Positions 11,201 through 20,923 of a stretch of 64,000 nucleotides of DNA are shown here, in pieces; position 1 is the first letter of the stretch; each line of letters opens with the position of its first letter. Both the position numbers and the translations under genes were made by a program. Under the pieces are notes generated by a model. The model was not told where the DNA came from. It searched no databases and saw only the letters and a list, made by a program, of their open reading frames with translations. The DNA comes from Phoronis australis (Eukaryota; Animalia; Phoronida): the NCBI GenBank assembly GCA_002633005.1, contig NMRA01000391.1, forward strand, positions 298,159 through 362,158, written 5' to 3'.

Positions 11201-14200
11201 ACTGGGGTATACAAGTCTGACTGTCTGCTTGATGTATCATCACACTGAGTTGTTGTTTTGATTTTTATTGTGAAGAACCCTCAGCTTACAAAATACTGTA
11301 AGGTGCCAGGGGGCCATAGTATTTAATATTCAACACGATGATTATTCATCAAGTGTCCTTAGTGATATTGTTGCAGATGGCTCTTAGAACACTGCGACCA
11401 GAAGCAATTTGGTTGATATTTTGGCAATGGCTGTCAGACTTGTAAACAGTTGGCCTTCGTTTGCTTATTACACCCTCAAGTCAAAGTTTTCATTTTCAGC
11501 TGAAGATATCAGTCCAACTCTGGACTTTCTCTTGGTTCTCCGTGTTCTCCGAGTGGTCAAAATCATTAGTGGCCTCAACAGGTAGAACCAACCTGGTGGT
11601 CCTCTGCATGTGACACTGGTTGCATGTCTCTTGACTCAATCCTTCCACTTTGCATGTCTGTGGCAAGTTTTACCAAAGCAAATACAGTCGTAAAACAAAA
11701 TCTTAAGTGCTTCATTTAAAAAAAAGATGTATGTATAAGCTGAATAAGTATTAAATACTGATTGAAAATTTGATCTGAAGCTTATCGTTAGTTTCATTTA
11801 TTTCTAACAAGATATCATAAATACCTCCGGAAATTTCTGACAACTGTTGAAAGCTTTTGCCTTCCTTAGTGGTTAATAGGTGGCACTGAACAAGCAGTCA
11901 AGCCGCATTACAACGAATGCTGTGAGGACCTTTCCAAAACGAAGTTTACTGTATGTCATTTGTATTCAGTACAATTTGTTTGGGACTTGAAGCATGGAAC
12001 ATCATAAAATGTAGATGCTTAGATAAAAGTGACCGAAGGCAATAAGTATAGTCAACAAAAAATTTGAAGGTGTTTTTTCTGGATTGAAAAAAGGAACTCG
12101 CAATTATTCCATTTCATCTTTCAAACAAATCTGTTTCAGTTAAATTAAAAAGTCTTTTATCATTTGTTCAGTTTCATGACTTCTATGTATTGTGCAACAA
12201 AATGTAGACTAAAAAGTCGTCAGAATATACAGCATGATGGAGGCATGATCTGCTATACTCCTTGTGCGTAAAGCCTAACTACAATTTTGGCGTATTTTAC
12301 GGCTGGTGTTGTTGGTAAAATGAACTGCGGTTTGTAGTTGGTGTCGGTGTCCACGCCACTTAAACATCAAAGCGTTCTGTTCTTTGATTTTAATATTGAC
12401 TGATAACCCCATCGCACTCTGTGGATCTTCATCAGTCAACGTTTGCTAGCATACACTCTTCTGCAAATATTGGTCGTTTTATTGAAACATTAACAACTCT
12501 TGTTGCATTATGATGTGACATTCATCATTGGAATAATTGTGTAATTGCTGAGTTAAACGTCATGATTACATAGTTACCCGTGCTTTATTTTATAAACCCA
12601 CCTGTCATTTTGATTTCCGACTTACCATTGAAAAATTGGTATCAGAAGTTGTTCCTTTCACAGACTGAATTCTGAGCATGGGAAAAACTGACAGATTGCT
12701 CGAAACCAGGCTTAATAATTTTTTTTAAGCATTGTTGTGTTCCCTCATTCATTCAATACAAGATTCGTCATTTTACTGTACGATGTTATGATTTAAAATT
12801 ATATAAGTGGAGGTTGAGAAATATTTTTGCCACTAAGTCGTACATTCGTCTTCTCTAATGGAATTTTAAGGAACTGAAACTGCTTTTCAATACCCAAATA
12901 CCATACTGGCATATGCATTGAAGATCAAATTTCTTTCCTCCACTGTGACGATTCACCACTAACTTCAGTGCACATCATATTCAAACGATTAATCGGCAAA
13001 TTTACTAAAGCCTCTGGCCATTTCTTTAAGCCCGTTTCCAAGCAACACACTTTTTAACCAAAAAAGCTAGAACAATTGAACATTTTAAGGGCATCTTGCT
13101 TTCACTGCACTAAAACTAAGAGTGAAGTTTGGCCAAGTCACCTAAGTGAAAGTCTGTGCGTTATTATCAAAGGCACGCGTTATGATACTTTTTTGATATT
13201 TAAGTTCTGTTTATTGTAGCCTAAGTATAGGTCATGCACCGTGAGACTGTCACCATAGTGGCATAGAAAACTAGTTCTTAGTTCAAATTGTGCAAACTCA
13301 ATGATTTAAGACGTATTTTGAATACATTGAATGGGAGATGCTATGGAGGCGATTGCCAAGATATCAGAGCCTATCCACATAACCTCAGAGTTTGACGGAA
13401 TAGCTTATGTATTTCAGTTTATTCAAAAATATTACCCGTCAAAAGCTTAATGAACTATATGTGGTAATGTACATGATAATGTCACTCAGAAATAGACAAA
13501 CTTTGTATCAAATGAGCATAGTCATTCCTGTGCACCAAATGCAATTGGCTGACTAAATAAGGCACTAATTAGTGCATTAACTATTCTGCTAGTCAGGTAA
13601 GTAATACCATGGAACTAGTAAAGGTGGCTCTTGTAGTTAGTGATCTCAAGTTGTTTTTGATAGATGGTGGGTAATTATTTTAAATATAGTCTTACTGTGT
13701 GGACATGCTTTGTGTGAACTTTTAATGCTTCTGATTTCATTAACAGTCTCACTTTCAGATTGTGTAGTGTAACTTATTAACCAGTGGCGACTAGTTCAGC
13801 AGGGCTGATGACTCTTGCCGTAAAGATTCTAACAGAAACCCAGGCAGGCATTAATTGACTTCAGACGTGCTCTAGACCCAGTCTCTACCTGAGTTTATGG
13901 ACTAGATCAAACTATATGACAAATAGCAAGCATCTGCTCAAATGTCACAACTATAAGAAGTGGAGGCCCAGCCAATGTAGGGAAGATGGGCTGTTTTAAT
14001 TTGAGCATACCTTCCCTGGTTCTTAATTAAGAGTCCAGCTTGTGTTGAGTGCAAACCTGGCTTCTGTTAGAAGCTTTACATTATGAAGAGTCTCTTATTG
14101 TGAAGTAGGGGCTAAGTTCAATTGTCTGCCTGCTAGCAAACTGAGTTGTATTTTTATTGGCTAAAAGACAGTATGAAGCCAATTTGTTCTATGGGTTCTA

Positions 14201-17200
14201 ACATTAGATAAAGTTTGGGCTCATGAGGGATTGAAGTTTGGGGCTTTTGATGTCACATTCTGCTTTGTTAAAACTCTGGAGTAAAAATGGTCCTGTTCGT
14301 GTAAAATGTTGGTAAAAAGTGTATCTTGAGAATTTTTGTAATGGACCAGTATTAGTATGTCCTACTTTTAATGATGAAGTAGTCTCCACCATTCTATGTT
14401 GTATTTTCAGAAGCTTTCAAATTTCAATGTTGCGTTTTTCGTTTATTACATTGTGATAAGCGTTTTAAATTTTGTGTTAGGTTTTATTCGCTTTAGTATC
14501 CACTTGTTTTTTTTCTGTAGTTTAAGTGTTTTTACTCTTTCACATTCTTTTGTATTAGTTCTTTTTTAATTTCTGATGTTGTGTTTGAATTTATCAGGCT
14601 TGATTTTTGTTGATCTTTGCTTTATTTTTTATCAGGTTCAAAGTGATAATTCAGACAATTGTCAACATTGGACCTTCAATTCTCACTTATGGCGGTGTGC
14701 TGTTTGTAAGCTGATTTTGCTTCCTTCTTTTTTCTCATTCAAACTGCTTTCATCTTGCAAGCAAGTTGTGCTTTAAAGTTCTTCAATTTTGGACTAGCAT
14801 TTGATTCGAAACAGTGTGGCACTGTGATTTTGACAGTGCAGTTTGCTACAAAGTAAAGATTGCAAAACCGTTATACCATATCCACTCTGAAATTTTGTCA
14901 TTGTTAGATATGTTGTTTTTTGTACTTTATTGTTTCGCGCAGCCTGTATTGCGAGATTCTGAAATCTGTGACGACACCCGACTAAGGAAAATAAACAAAA
15001 TTCACCTTGTCTGAAATTGAAGATAGTACTGTACCATTTGATTTTCTCTTGCCTATTAAATGCTTAATATTTGTTACTTTTAAATCGCAGTTGTGTGAAA
15101 AAATATTAAATTCGGTTTTGTGTAGTTTTCTTCAGGGCACGCAGTGTGTGCATTTTCACTGAGCCAGAGCTCATTCAAAGAGTGCTATGCCGTTTTTCTA
15201 GTATGACAGCATTATTTCTTAGAATACCATAATGCAAAGCTCAACATTTCCTAGGTGACGCTATAGTGAAACAAGGTGGCGCTAGTGCACTTCCTTCATT
15301 AGCACTGCCAAACAATTCCAACCTGAATAACTGCTATTAATAGTAATTGTCAATCTGTGGCTATCTCTAGGTACTGTACTATACATTCGCCATCATTGGT
15401 ATGGAAGCGTTTCAAGGTCTCATCCGATATTACAATGAAACAGAAGTGACTGCAGATCCCAAGAAGATGTACTGCGGTAATAAGGCACTGATGAACTCGA
15501 CGTTCTATAAGGATGGGTACTGCGCCAACAATTTCAATGACATCTTCAAGTCCATTGTTATTCTGTTTGAGCTCATGGTGGTTAACCAATGGCATGATAT
15601 CCTTTATGATGCAATAAACAAAATGTTTCCTTATATGGAGATTCAGCCTGTTATAGCGAGAAATTCTTTGTTGCTTTTCCTTTTTTAAACATTTTGCCTA
15701 GTAAACAGAAATGACAATTAGTTTATTAATTGTGGATTATAGTATAAAATATTGCGCAGCTTCACAACACCTTGCATACTTTCCTTGGCATGATATTTTC
15801 CTCTTTGAGTTACTTTCTCATCTGTGCGCGAGTGTGATAGCACAATTCTTTATGAAAGCATTGAACGAGACTGGCATTAGTTCCGTTATGATCTGATGTG
15901 ACACGTGTGTGCTAATTCACTAAATATTGAATGCTGTTCGGGTAACATTACCTTGGGATATACTGTTATTACCTTGGGATATACTGTCTCACACAGTGGC
16001 AAATGTCCAGTGTTGTAACAGTCACAAAAATAAGTCACTGTGAAACGAGGCAAGTCAACATTAACTTCTTGTTTTCTGTCATTACAATATGGTCAAAATA
16101 GGACTCATGAGTAGTTTTGGGCTCAATTAACTGCTGTAGTTTTATTTTATCTTATTTCAAATTTATCCAGTTTTAACTTGCCAGGGTATTGAGTGCTCAT
16201 TTTACTCTTAAGTTTATGTTCTGCTTTAAGACACCAGTAACGTGTTGCTTCTGCACTGCAGAAATAGAATGTCCAACAGCTCAAGGATGCATGTTGCAAG
16301 TACTTATGTCAAACAACACATTAGGAGACAGTAGAGGTGGTCATGTTTTAACTGTTACATATTCTGAGACCGTACGCGGCGTTTCCTCATTTGTCCTTAA
16401 CTCTTGTCACTGTTGGCCGAAGGCTTCGTTCTTGTCACACATTCTGCAGCCAAGATTTACTTCTTTGCTTTCCACATTGGATGTGTTATCATTATTCTAA
16501 AGTAAGTGCTTGTCAGTTTTAAAAGTGTTGTTAAAGATTCAGTAGCTTTTAATGCATTATTTCAGATGTGAACTTTATTCAGGTTAAAACTGCTATAAAC
16601 TTGCCTTCTGTCAAAAAATCACTGCTAATCTAAGTTGAAGGAAAAAATTTAGACCAACTTAGACCAACTTCATAAGGGTAAGTGGTTGGTAAGTGATATA
16701 AATTGACAAAAATATTTTGTTTTTTTTCCTAAGGCACGGCAGCTTTATATTGCTCTTAGTAATTTCCATTAGTTACGTGTACAGTAACTTGTTTTCCTTA
16801 TCTTGCAAAAACCGGAAATGTCAGTAGGCGCTACATCACATTTCCCAACAAGCAACTGTGAATGCTTCTTACAGGGTGACCTTCCACAAGGCTTTGAGTT
16901 TTATGACCAGCTTCTTCTGTTTGCGTATTAGGGAACAGAGATGGGGTGTCAGTGATAACCACTGCCTGTTCTTTACAACTTTTTTCTGCCCATTTTAAGT
17001 CATTAGTATGGAGTACAGAAGTAAAACTGGTCATTGAAAATTGAACTATTTCATTGTTTGATTGGTGTACCAATACCTTTTGTCATGTCACGTGTGGTGT
17101 TTCTTTTTTTGATTTTCATTGAATTTGGCCGCTGTTATAATGAAATGCTACTTTATTGCATGCTCATAAATTTAAAAAATATTCAGGGTATGGTGATGAT

Positions 17201-20200
17201 TTTCTACTTTGTTTGTACTAATCCGACCACCCAAGTAACGACGATGGTGGAGACTGAGCTAACTACTCTTAGCAGAACTTTGCTTGGCTGTCTGGAATTA
17301 CTTTGACTACCGGTCGCTGATTCATTGCCAACTTGAGGGACAAAAAGTTGTGACCTGTGCTGTATTGCTGGTATAATGTTAATGCTTTTTGCATTTACTT
17401 TCAGTATTTTCACTGCATTTATTTTGGAGGCCTTCATCCTTGAGTACTCCTTATCCAAGAATAAACTGGAGACAGTCGTTGAAGCAAAGATCAGGGAGCT
17501 GGGATATGGCCTTGGACAGTGAGTTCTTTGTGAAGTAGCTAGTGATTGGCTTTGGGAGAGGACAGCCGGGTTGTCCCATCCACAGTGGGTAGGGATCCAG
17601 CTCCACTTGGTCAAAAGAGAACCCACATCAGGCTAACAGGTTTCTATTAAGGAGACGGTGATGCCTTCCCATTTTTGGACAGATTTAACATTTTCTGCAC
17701 CACCTAGTGGCCATTTTTATTATTTTCAAGTCTGTTTTTGGTGTCGGCCTCCCTATCTGCTGAACTGCGCAAAAGATCGTGAAAACTAGCAAATGTGTTC
17801 CTGCCAATATTACTATGGCTGACATTGATTTTCATATGAGTCTTACTACTGTTGCACCCCCTAGTGACATTTTTTGCATTCGTGGCCACATCTCCTAATC
17901 ACTTGCAAGATTTTTGTTTTGCTATGAATGTGCCAGATGACAATGATTTTCGGACAGATCCAACTACTGCAATTTTATATTTTATAAGTTTACCTCTGCA
18001 ATTTCAAAGTTCCAGAGTGCGATGGACGATGATATTATGCATTTTTGGATGGATGTGAAGTATTTTGCTCAACCTAGCAGCCATTTTTATTATTTGAGTG
18101 TTTTAACATCAGCTTCTTTATCCGACTAACTGCTCAAAGGGTCATAAGGATGGCAGATGTTTTCCTCCTGAGGACAGCGCTACTGATGGTGATTTTTGTA
18201 CGGGTCTTACTACTGTGGGGCCCCCTTGTGGCAATTTGTTCTGGATCCACAGCTGTATCAGCTAAACCCCTTACTGGATCTTTAATGTTTAAAATGTGAC
18301 TAGTGTAATCCTAATAAACATGGCAACGTGATTCTATAGCCCGACAACAAGTTGGGAAGATGACCCTTGTAGCCAACATCATATACGACTGATTAACTCT
18401 ATTCTGGCATTTAGGGTTGGAGTACCAGCTCTCTTTTGTTCGATAATTGCTCTAATCTCCAATAAGATCATTTCTAGCCTGACTGGGCTGTGCTGTTAAA
18501 AATAAAAGTTAAGTTATAACATATTTGAACATAAACCGATAGCATTTCTGATTTCCTCGTCAAATGCTGATCATGTTTAGTTTTTGAATCGCCAAAATCG
18601 CCCAACTACAACGACCGAAGTTACGACAAACTTTTCTTTCCAAACCTACGAATTTGCTTTAGGTTTGACTTCGTTCACATGTGGTCTGTAATAAGCCTGG
18701 TGTATAATTGGCCTGCTTGTTATCATATGGGACAAAAGAGTGTGCTGGGCAGTTAACAAAGGAGCTAAATGTTATCACACGCTCACAACCCCCTACGTCT
18801 GGTAAAGTCATTGAATGAGAGCACGCCGTAATGCATACAATTTGTGGTGCAGTCTTGGGTGCATTTCAGTGTCTTGTGTTGTTGCTGTATTATGATTTAT
18901 GACATTCACTTAGGCACGTACAACACTGTTAATTTCGGTCTTTTAGTGTCAATTAAGTTTGATCTCTCATTGAATACTAGCATGGTGTTATACTGCACTA
19001 TTAGCTGGTTCTCAACTGATCTCACCAAACTCTCAAAATATTCAATTAATGTAGTTTGAATTTTCAATACTTATGAAATTGCGTATGTTGTGTGGGACCA
19101 GAGGCGAGGTAGATGGTTTTACCCATGTTTGAGGCAACTGGAGTGAAATTTTGGAGCAAAATAATATTAGAAACGTTTCATGCAAGTCCATTGTTCATCC
19201 AGTGCATACGTACTTTTAACGTGTTATCTGTTATAAGTGGTTCAGCTTTCTGTATTTAATTGTTTTACAGGAGACCAACCAAAAGACGTGGTCAGTCAGA
19301 CGAGCCAGGGCTGGTAGACAATATAGAGCTGCAGGAGTCTAGTTTAGAGCGAAGTGACTCCAATGAGAGTCTACCTGACCTGCAGCAGGAGCAGGGACTG
19401 AGGTTTCATTTGCAACGACAACGTAAGAACTGTTAACTCATTTTAGCCGACTCCTATTGTGATATTTGGTGACAGCACATATGTGATGAATGACATGAGT
19501 CATTTGCGTGAGATCGTGTTCAAATTATAACTTGTTGATAACCCTGAAAAGGAAATGTCTAGTGGTATAAAGCTGGTATGGCTATCCACTGAACAGTCAA
19601 GCTACAACAATCACTTTTCTGCTGACAGAAACTTATCAAAGCAAGAGTTGCTGTGATAGTGGGACAGCTATTGTGGGTGTGGAGGGGAAGGCAATCATTT
19701 TTAGTATAATTTTTGGTTAATTTACGATTTTCTGGATATCCTAGATATTCCCTATATTCCCTTGGGTTCTAATTAATTATGCATGCGTCGATCCCTTTGG
19801 AAGTTACGTTCACGTCTCGTATCATTCCTTGCTAGCTTTGTTTGTTGGATGATTTATTGTGGACATCTGCAACATATGACACTGCACTTATCAAAAAAGC
19901 ACTGCTAACAAGTGAGGATGGAGAAGAGAAGCAAAATGCCAATAGTGTGGCATCCTTCTTCAGACCATATTTAACAGTTACCTTTAGGATATCTGCAATC
20001 ATGTTCTTTTCATAATCTGATGGCAAGAAATTTTTGCCACAGTAGTTTTTTAATTGCATGGCAGCGTGAATGGGCCTTGCTGCATTGTCCACATGAAAAA
20101 GCCAACTATGACGGATTTTGTCATCCACTTGAAATCGGTGAAACGGAACTCGGTCCTATACTCGTTAAGAGCACGTGATGTTTTGCATCCCGGTATGCAA

Positions 20201-20788
20201 CAACGACTTCCAAGCATGTGGAAAAATACTCAAATGAAAGCAAATAACAGTCTAACTTGTCACAGGCTGACATACACAATGACACATCCAATGTCAAACA
20301 CAGTCTGAAGGACATGTAAACAAAGCTGTTTTGGGAATGATTTGGGCCACAAACTTCACTACTGGAGGGATTCTTACATAGTTAATTGGAATCTGGGAAT
20401 TTAATTATCTTGAAAATGTATCGAGATAACTAGCAAATCATAATTTAATCAAAAATGTCACTTAAAATTGCTGCCTTCCCCTTTAAATGCAAGTTGTATA
20501 AGCCCTCGATGTATTTTCAAGAGTTTTGTTTTTTGATATTCAGTACTTCTTAGAATTTTTAGTGTCAGCAATCAAAAGTAAAAGTATGTGAGAGATGTTA
20601 CTTGGTAATGGATAGAATATGCTTATTTATTCATTACTTGTCCTTCAGGAAGCAAGAAAGTTGATATTTTGCTCCAGCAAATGTTTGAAGGTGAAATTGA
20701 TCCCGAAGACCTGGGGCCTGAAGTATTTGATCCTGATGACATGGATGAACCTATACCAAGAAAGTTGACATTGGATCAAGTCACATAG
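2190..20788 (+). CDS. TPCN3: Two-pore channel, TPC3 clade (5'-partial, spliced; domain I pore to C-terminus). Exons 2190-2291, 2620-2746, 3241-3442, 3746-3890, 5318-5482, 7014-7078, [10319-10400 OR 11500-11581], 14636-14705, 15371-15596, 16411-16501, 17405-17518, 19271-19422, 20649-20788
   Basis: Manual splicing gives one open frame with consistent phases: ...WDLYVLVTTANDPDVM|MPAY...LAVIYNNYRKHLK|NEV...EF-hand linker...S1-S4...ELMVVNQWH|VLAEGF...IL|NIFTAFILEAF...LDQVT*. The VVNQWH filter and YNNYRKHLKNE are TPC3-like. Confidence 0.9.
2620..2746 (+). CDS. TPCN3: TPC3 exon: domain I S6 (MPAYNKNNWYALYFMSYLVITLYIFMSILLAVIYNNYRKHLK)
   Basis: Acceptor tttcag|G, donor AAG|gtaatc; in phase with neighbouring exons. 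Confidence 0.93.
3241..3442 (+). CDS. TPCN3: TPC3 exon: interdomain EF-hand linker (NEVKAAVYMKRRKLAEAF...IDESGDGYI)
   Basis: Acceptor tttttag|AAT, donor G|gtagtt; overlaps ORF 3265-3459. Confidence 0.9.
3746..3890 (+). CDS. TPCN3: TPC3 exon: end of linker (VKKDFLNVADLLNV...VKMVVKHK)
   Basis: Acceptor ttttcag|TG, donor AA|gtgagt. Confidence 0.9.
5318..5482 (+). CDS. TPCN3: TPC3 exon: domain II S1-S2 (FFRYFFDLMIVVNAFFIG...LEIILKMYTFG...ALWNV)
   Basis: Acceptor ttattag|G, donor GT|gtgagt; EIILK and WN motifs of voltage-sensor domains. Confidence 0.93.
5545..5815 (+). repeat. Dispersed repeat, second copy at ~9888-10172
   Basis: Collinear shared blocks ggacca.aaac, gacagttgtatgact, cactgaccttgc, aaggcc, caagcccaaaatg. 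Confidence 0.85.
5923..6220. mobile_element. Non-autonomous DNA-element family; related pieces at ~2854-3085, ~38580-38796 and ~62365-62480
   Basis: Shared motifs in either orientation: catgcgccatttt, ttaccgtgataggattctatttc, gggagt.a.aggcc.aattcgattt; TTAAAG ends. Confidence 0.6.
7014..7078 (+). CDS. TPCN3: TPC3 exon: domain II S3 (FDFLVIGAALVASIVEACIGE)
   Basis: Acceptor cctatag|G, donor T|gtaagt; completes WNVFDF. Confidence 0.9.
8405..9050. other. Assembly gap (N run) in the TPC3 S3-S4 intron
   Basis: 646 consecutive n bases. Confidence 1.
10319..10400 (+). CDS. TPCN3: TPC3 alternative S4 exon A (FSEEDLTMDILLVLRALRLIKFVANIDR)
   Basis: 82 nt, acceptor ttacag|TT, donor AG|gtatct, phase 1 to 2; RxxRxxK S4 pattern. 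Confidence 0.85.
11500..11581 (+). CDS. TPCN3: TPC3 alternative S4 exon B (SEDISPTLDFLLVLRVLRVVKIISGLNR)
   Basis: 82 nt, acceptor cattttcag|CT, donor AG|gtagaa, phase 1 to 2; homologous to exon A; not in the ORF track. Confidence 0.85.
11605..11656 (+). promoter_or_regulatory. Three TGCATG (RBFOX) motifs just downstream of S4 exon B
   Basis: TGCATG at 11605-11610, 11621-11626 and 11651-11656. Confidence 0.65.
14636..14705 (+). CDS. TPCN3: TPC3 exon: S4-S5 linker and start of S5 (FKVIIQTIVNIGPSILTYGGVLF)
   Basis: Acceptor ttttatcag|G, donor TTT|gtaagc. Confidence 0.9.
15371..15596 (+). CDS. TPCN3: TPC3 exon: domain II S5, luminal loop, pore helix and filter (VLYYTFAIIGMEAF...NNFNDIFKSIVILFELMVVNQWH)
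   Basis: Acceptor tctctag|GTA; ends at U12 donor G|atatccttt. Confidence 0.92.
15597..16410 (+). other. U12-type (minor spliceosome) AT-AC intron, 814 nt
   Basis: 5' site ATATCCTTT at 15597; branch point TCCTTAAC at 16394-16401; terminal AC at 16409-16410; removal restores the frame NQWH|VLAEGF. Confidence 0.92.
16411..16501 (+). CDS. TPCN3: TPC3 exon: post-filter helix and domain II S6 (VLAEGFVLVTHSAAKIYFFAFHIGCVIIIL)
   Basis: Follows the AC acceptor; donor AA|gtaagt. Confidence 0.9.
17405..17518 (+). CDS. TPCN3: TPC3 exon: end of S6 and C-tail (NIFTAFILEAFILEYSLSKNKLETVVEAKIRELGYGLG)
   Basis: Acceptor ctttcag|T, donor CA|gtgagt. Confidence 0.9.
17703..18250. repeat. Diverged direct duplication (~17703-17885 and ~18073-18240)
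   Basis: cctag..gccatttttattattt ... gtcttactactgt ... cccc occurs in both copies. Confidence 0.8.
19271..19422 (+). CDS. TPCN3: TPC3 exon: C-tail (RPTKRRGQSDEPGLVDNIEL...GLRFHLQRQ)
   Basis: Acceptor ttttacag|G, donor C|gtaaga; open frame whose phases match both neighbours. Confidence 0.8.
20649..20788 (+). CDS. TPCN3: TPC3 last coding exon (SKKVDILLQQMFEGEIDPEDLGPEVFDPDDMDEPIPRKLTLDQVT*)
   Basis: Acceptor ccttcag|GA; TAG at 20786-20788. Confidence 0.82.
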
Positions 20789-20923
20789 AATGAACCTACA
20801 CCAAGAAAGTTGACGTTGGATCAAGTCACATAGAATGAACCTATACCAAGAAAGTTGACATTGGATCAATCACATAGAATGAACCTATACCAAGAAAGTT
20901 GACATTGGATCAAGTGACATGGA
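20745..20923 (+). repeat. Four-copy 45-bp tandem repeat spanning the TPC3 stop codon
   Basis: Unit atgaacctataccaagaaagttgacattggatcaagtcacataga starting at 20745, 20790, 20835 (1-nt deletion) and 20879. Confidence 0.97.

Noticed and set aside
11582-14635. A third S4 exon copy downstream of exon B
   Set aside because: I found no further phase-matched LRxLR exon on manual reading; a computational scan would be more sensitive.
15597-15688. ORF continuation DILYDAINK... as real coding sequence
   Set aside because: It is readthrough into the AT-AC intron; the true continuation is at 16411.
15786-15796. 11-nt echo (tggcatgatat) of the U12 exon/intron junction
   Set aside because: It lacks the CCTT of a U12 donor and has no upstream exon homology; probably chance.
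17204-17626. 140 aa minus-strand ORF
   Set aside because: Antisense shadow of a TPC3 exon with no recognisable domain.
18340-18510. Possible SINE 3' end (gactgggctgtgctgttaaaaataaaa)
   Set aside because: No clear Pol III A/B boxes and no second copy in the window.
20745-20923. CRISPR-like array
   Set aside because: Eukaryotic locus with contiguous units and no unique spacers; the same applies to 43407-43512.
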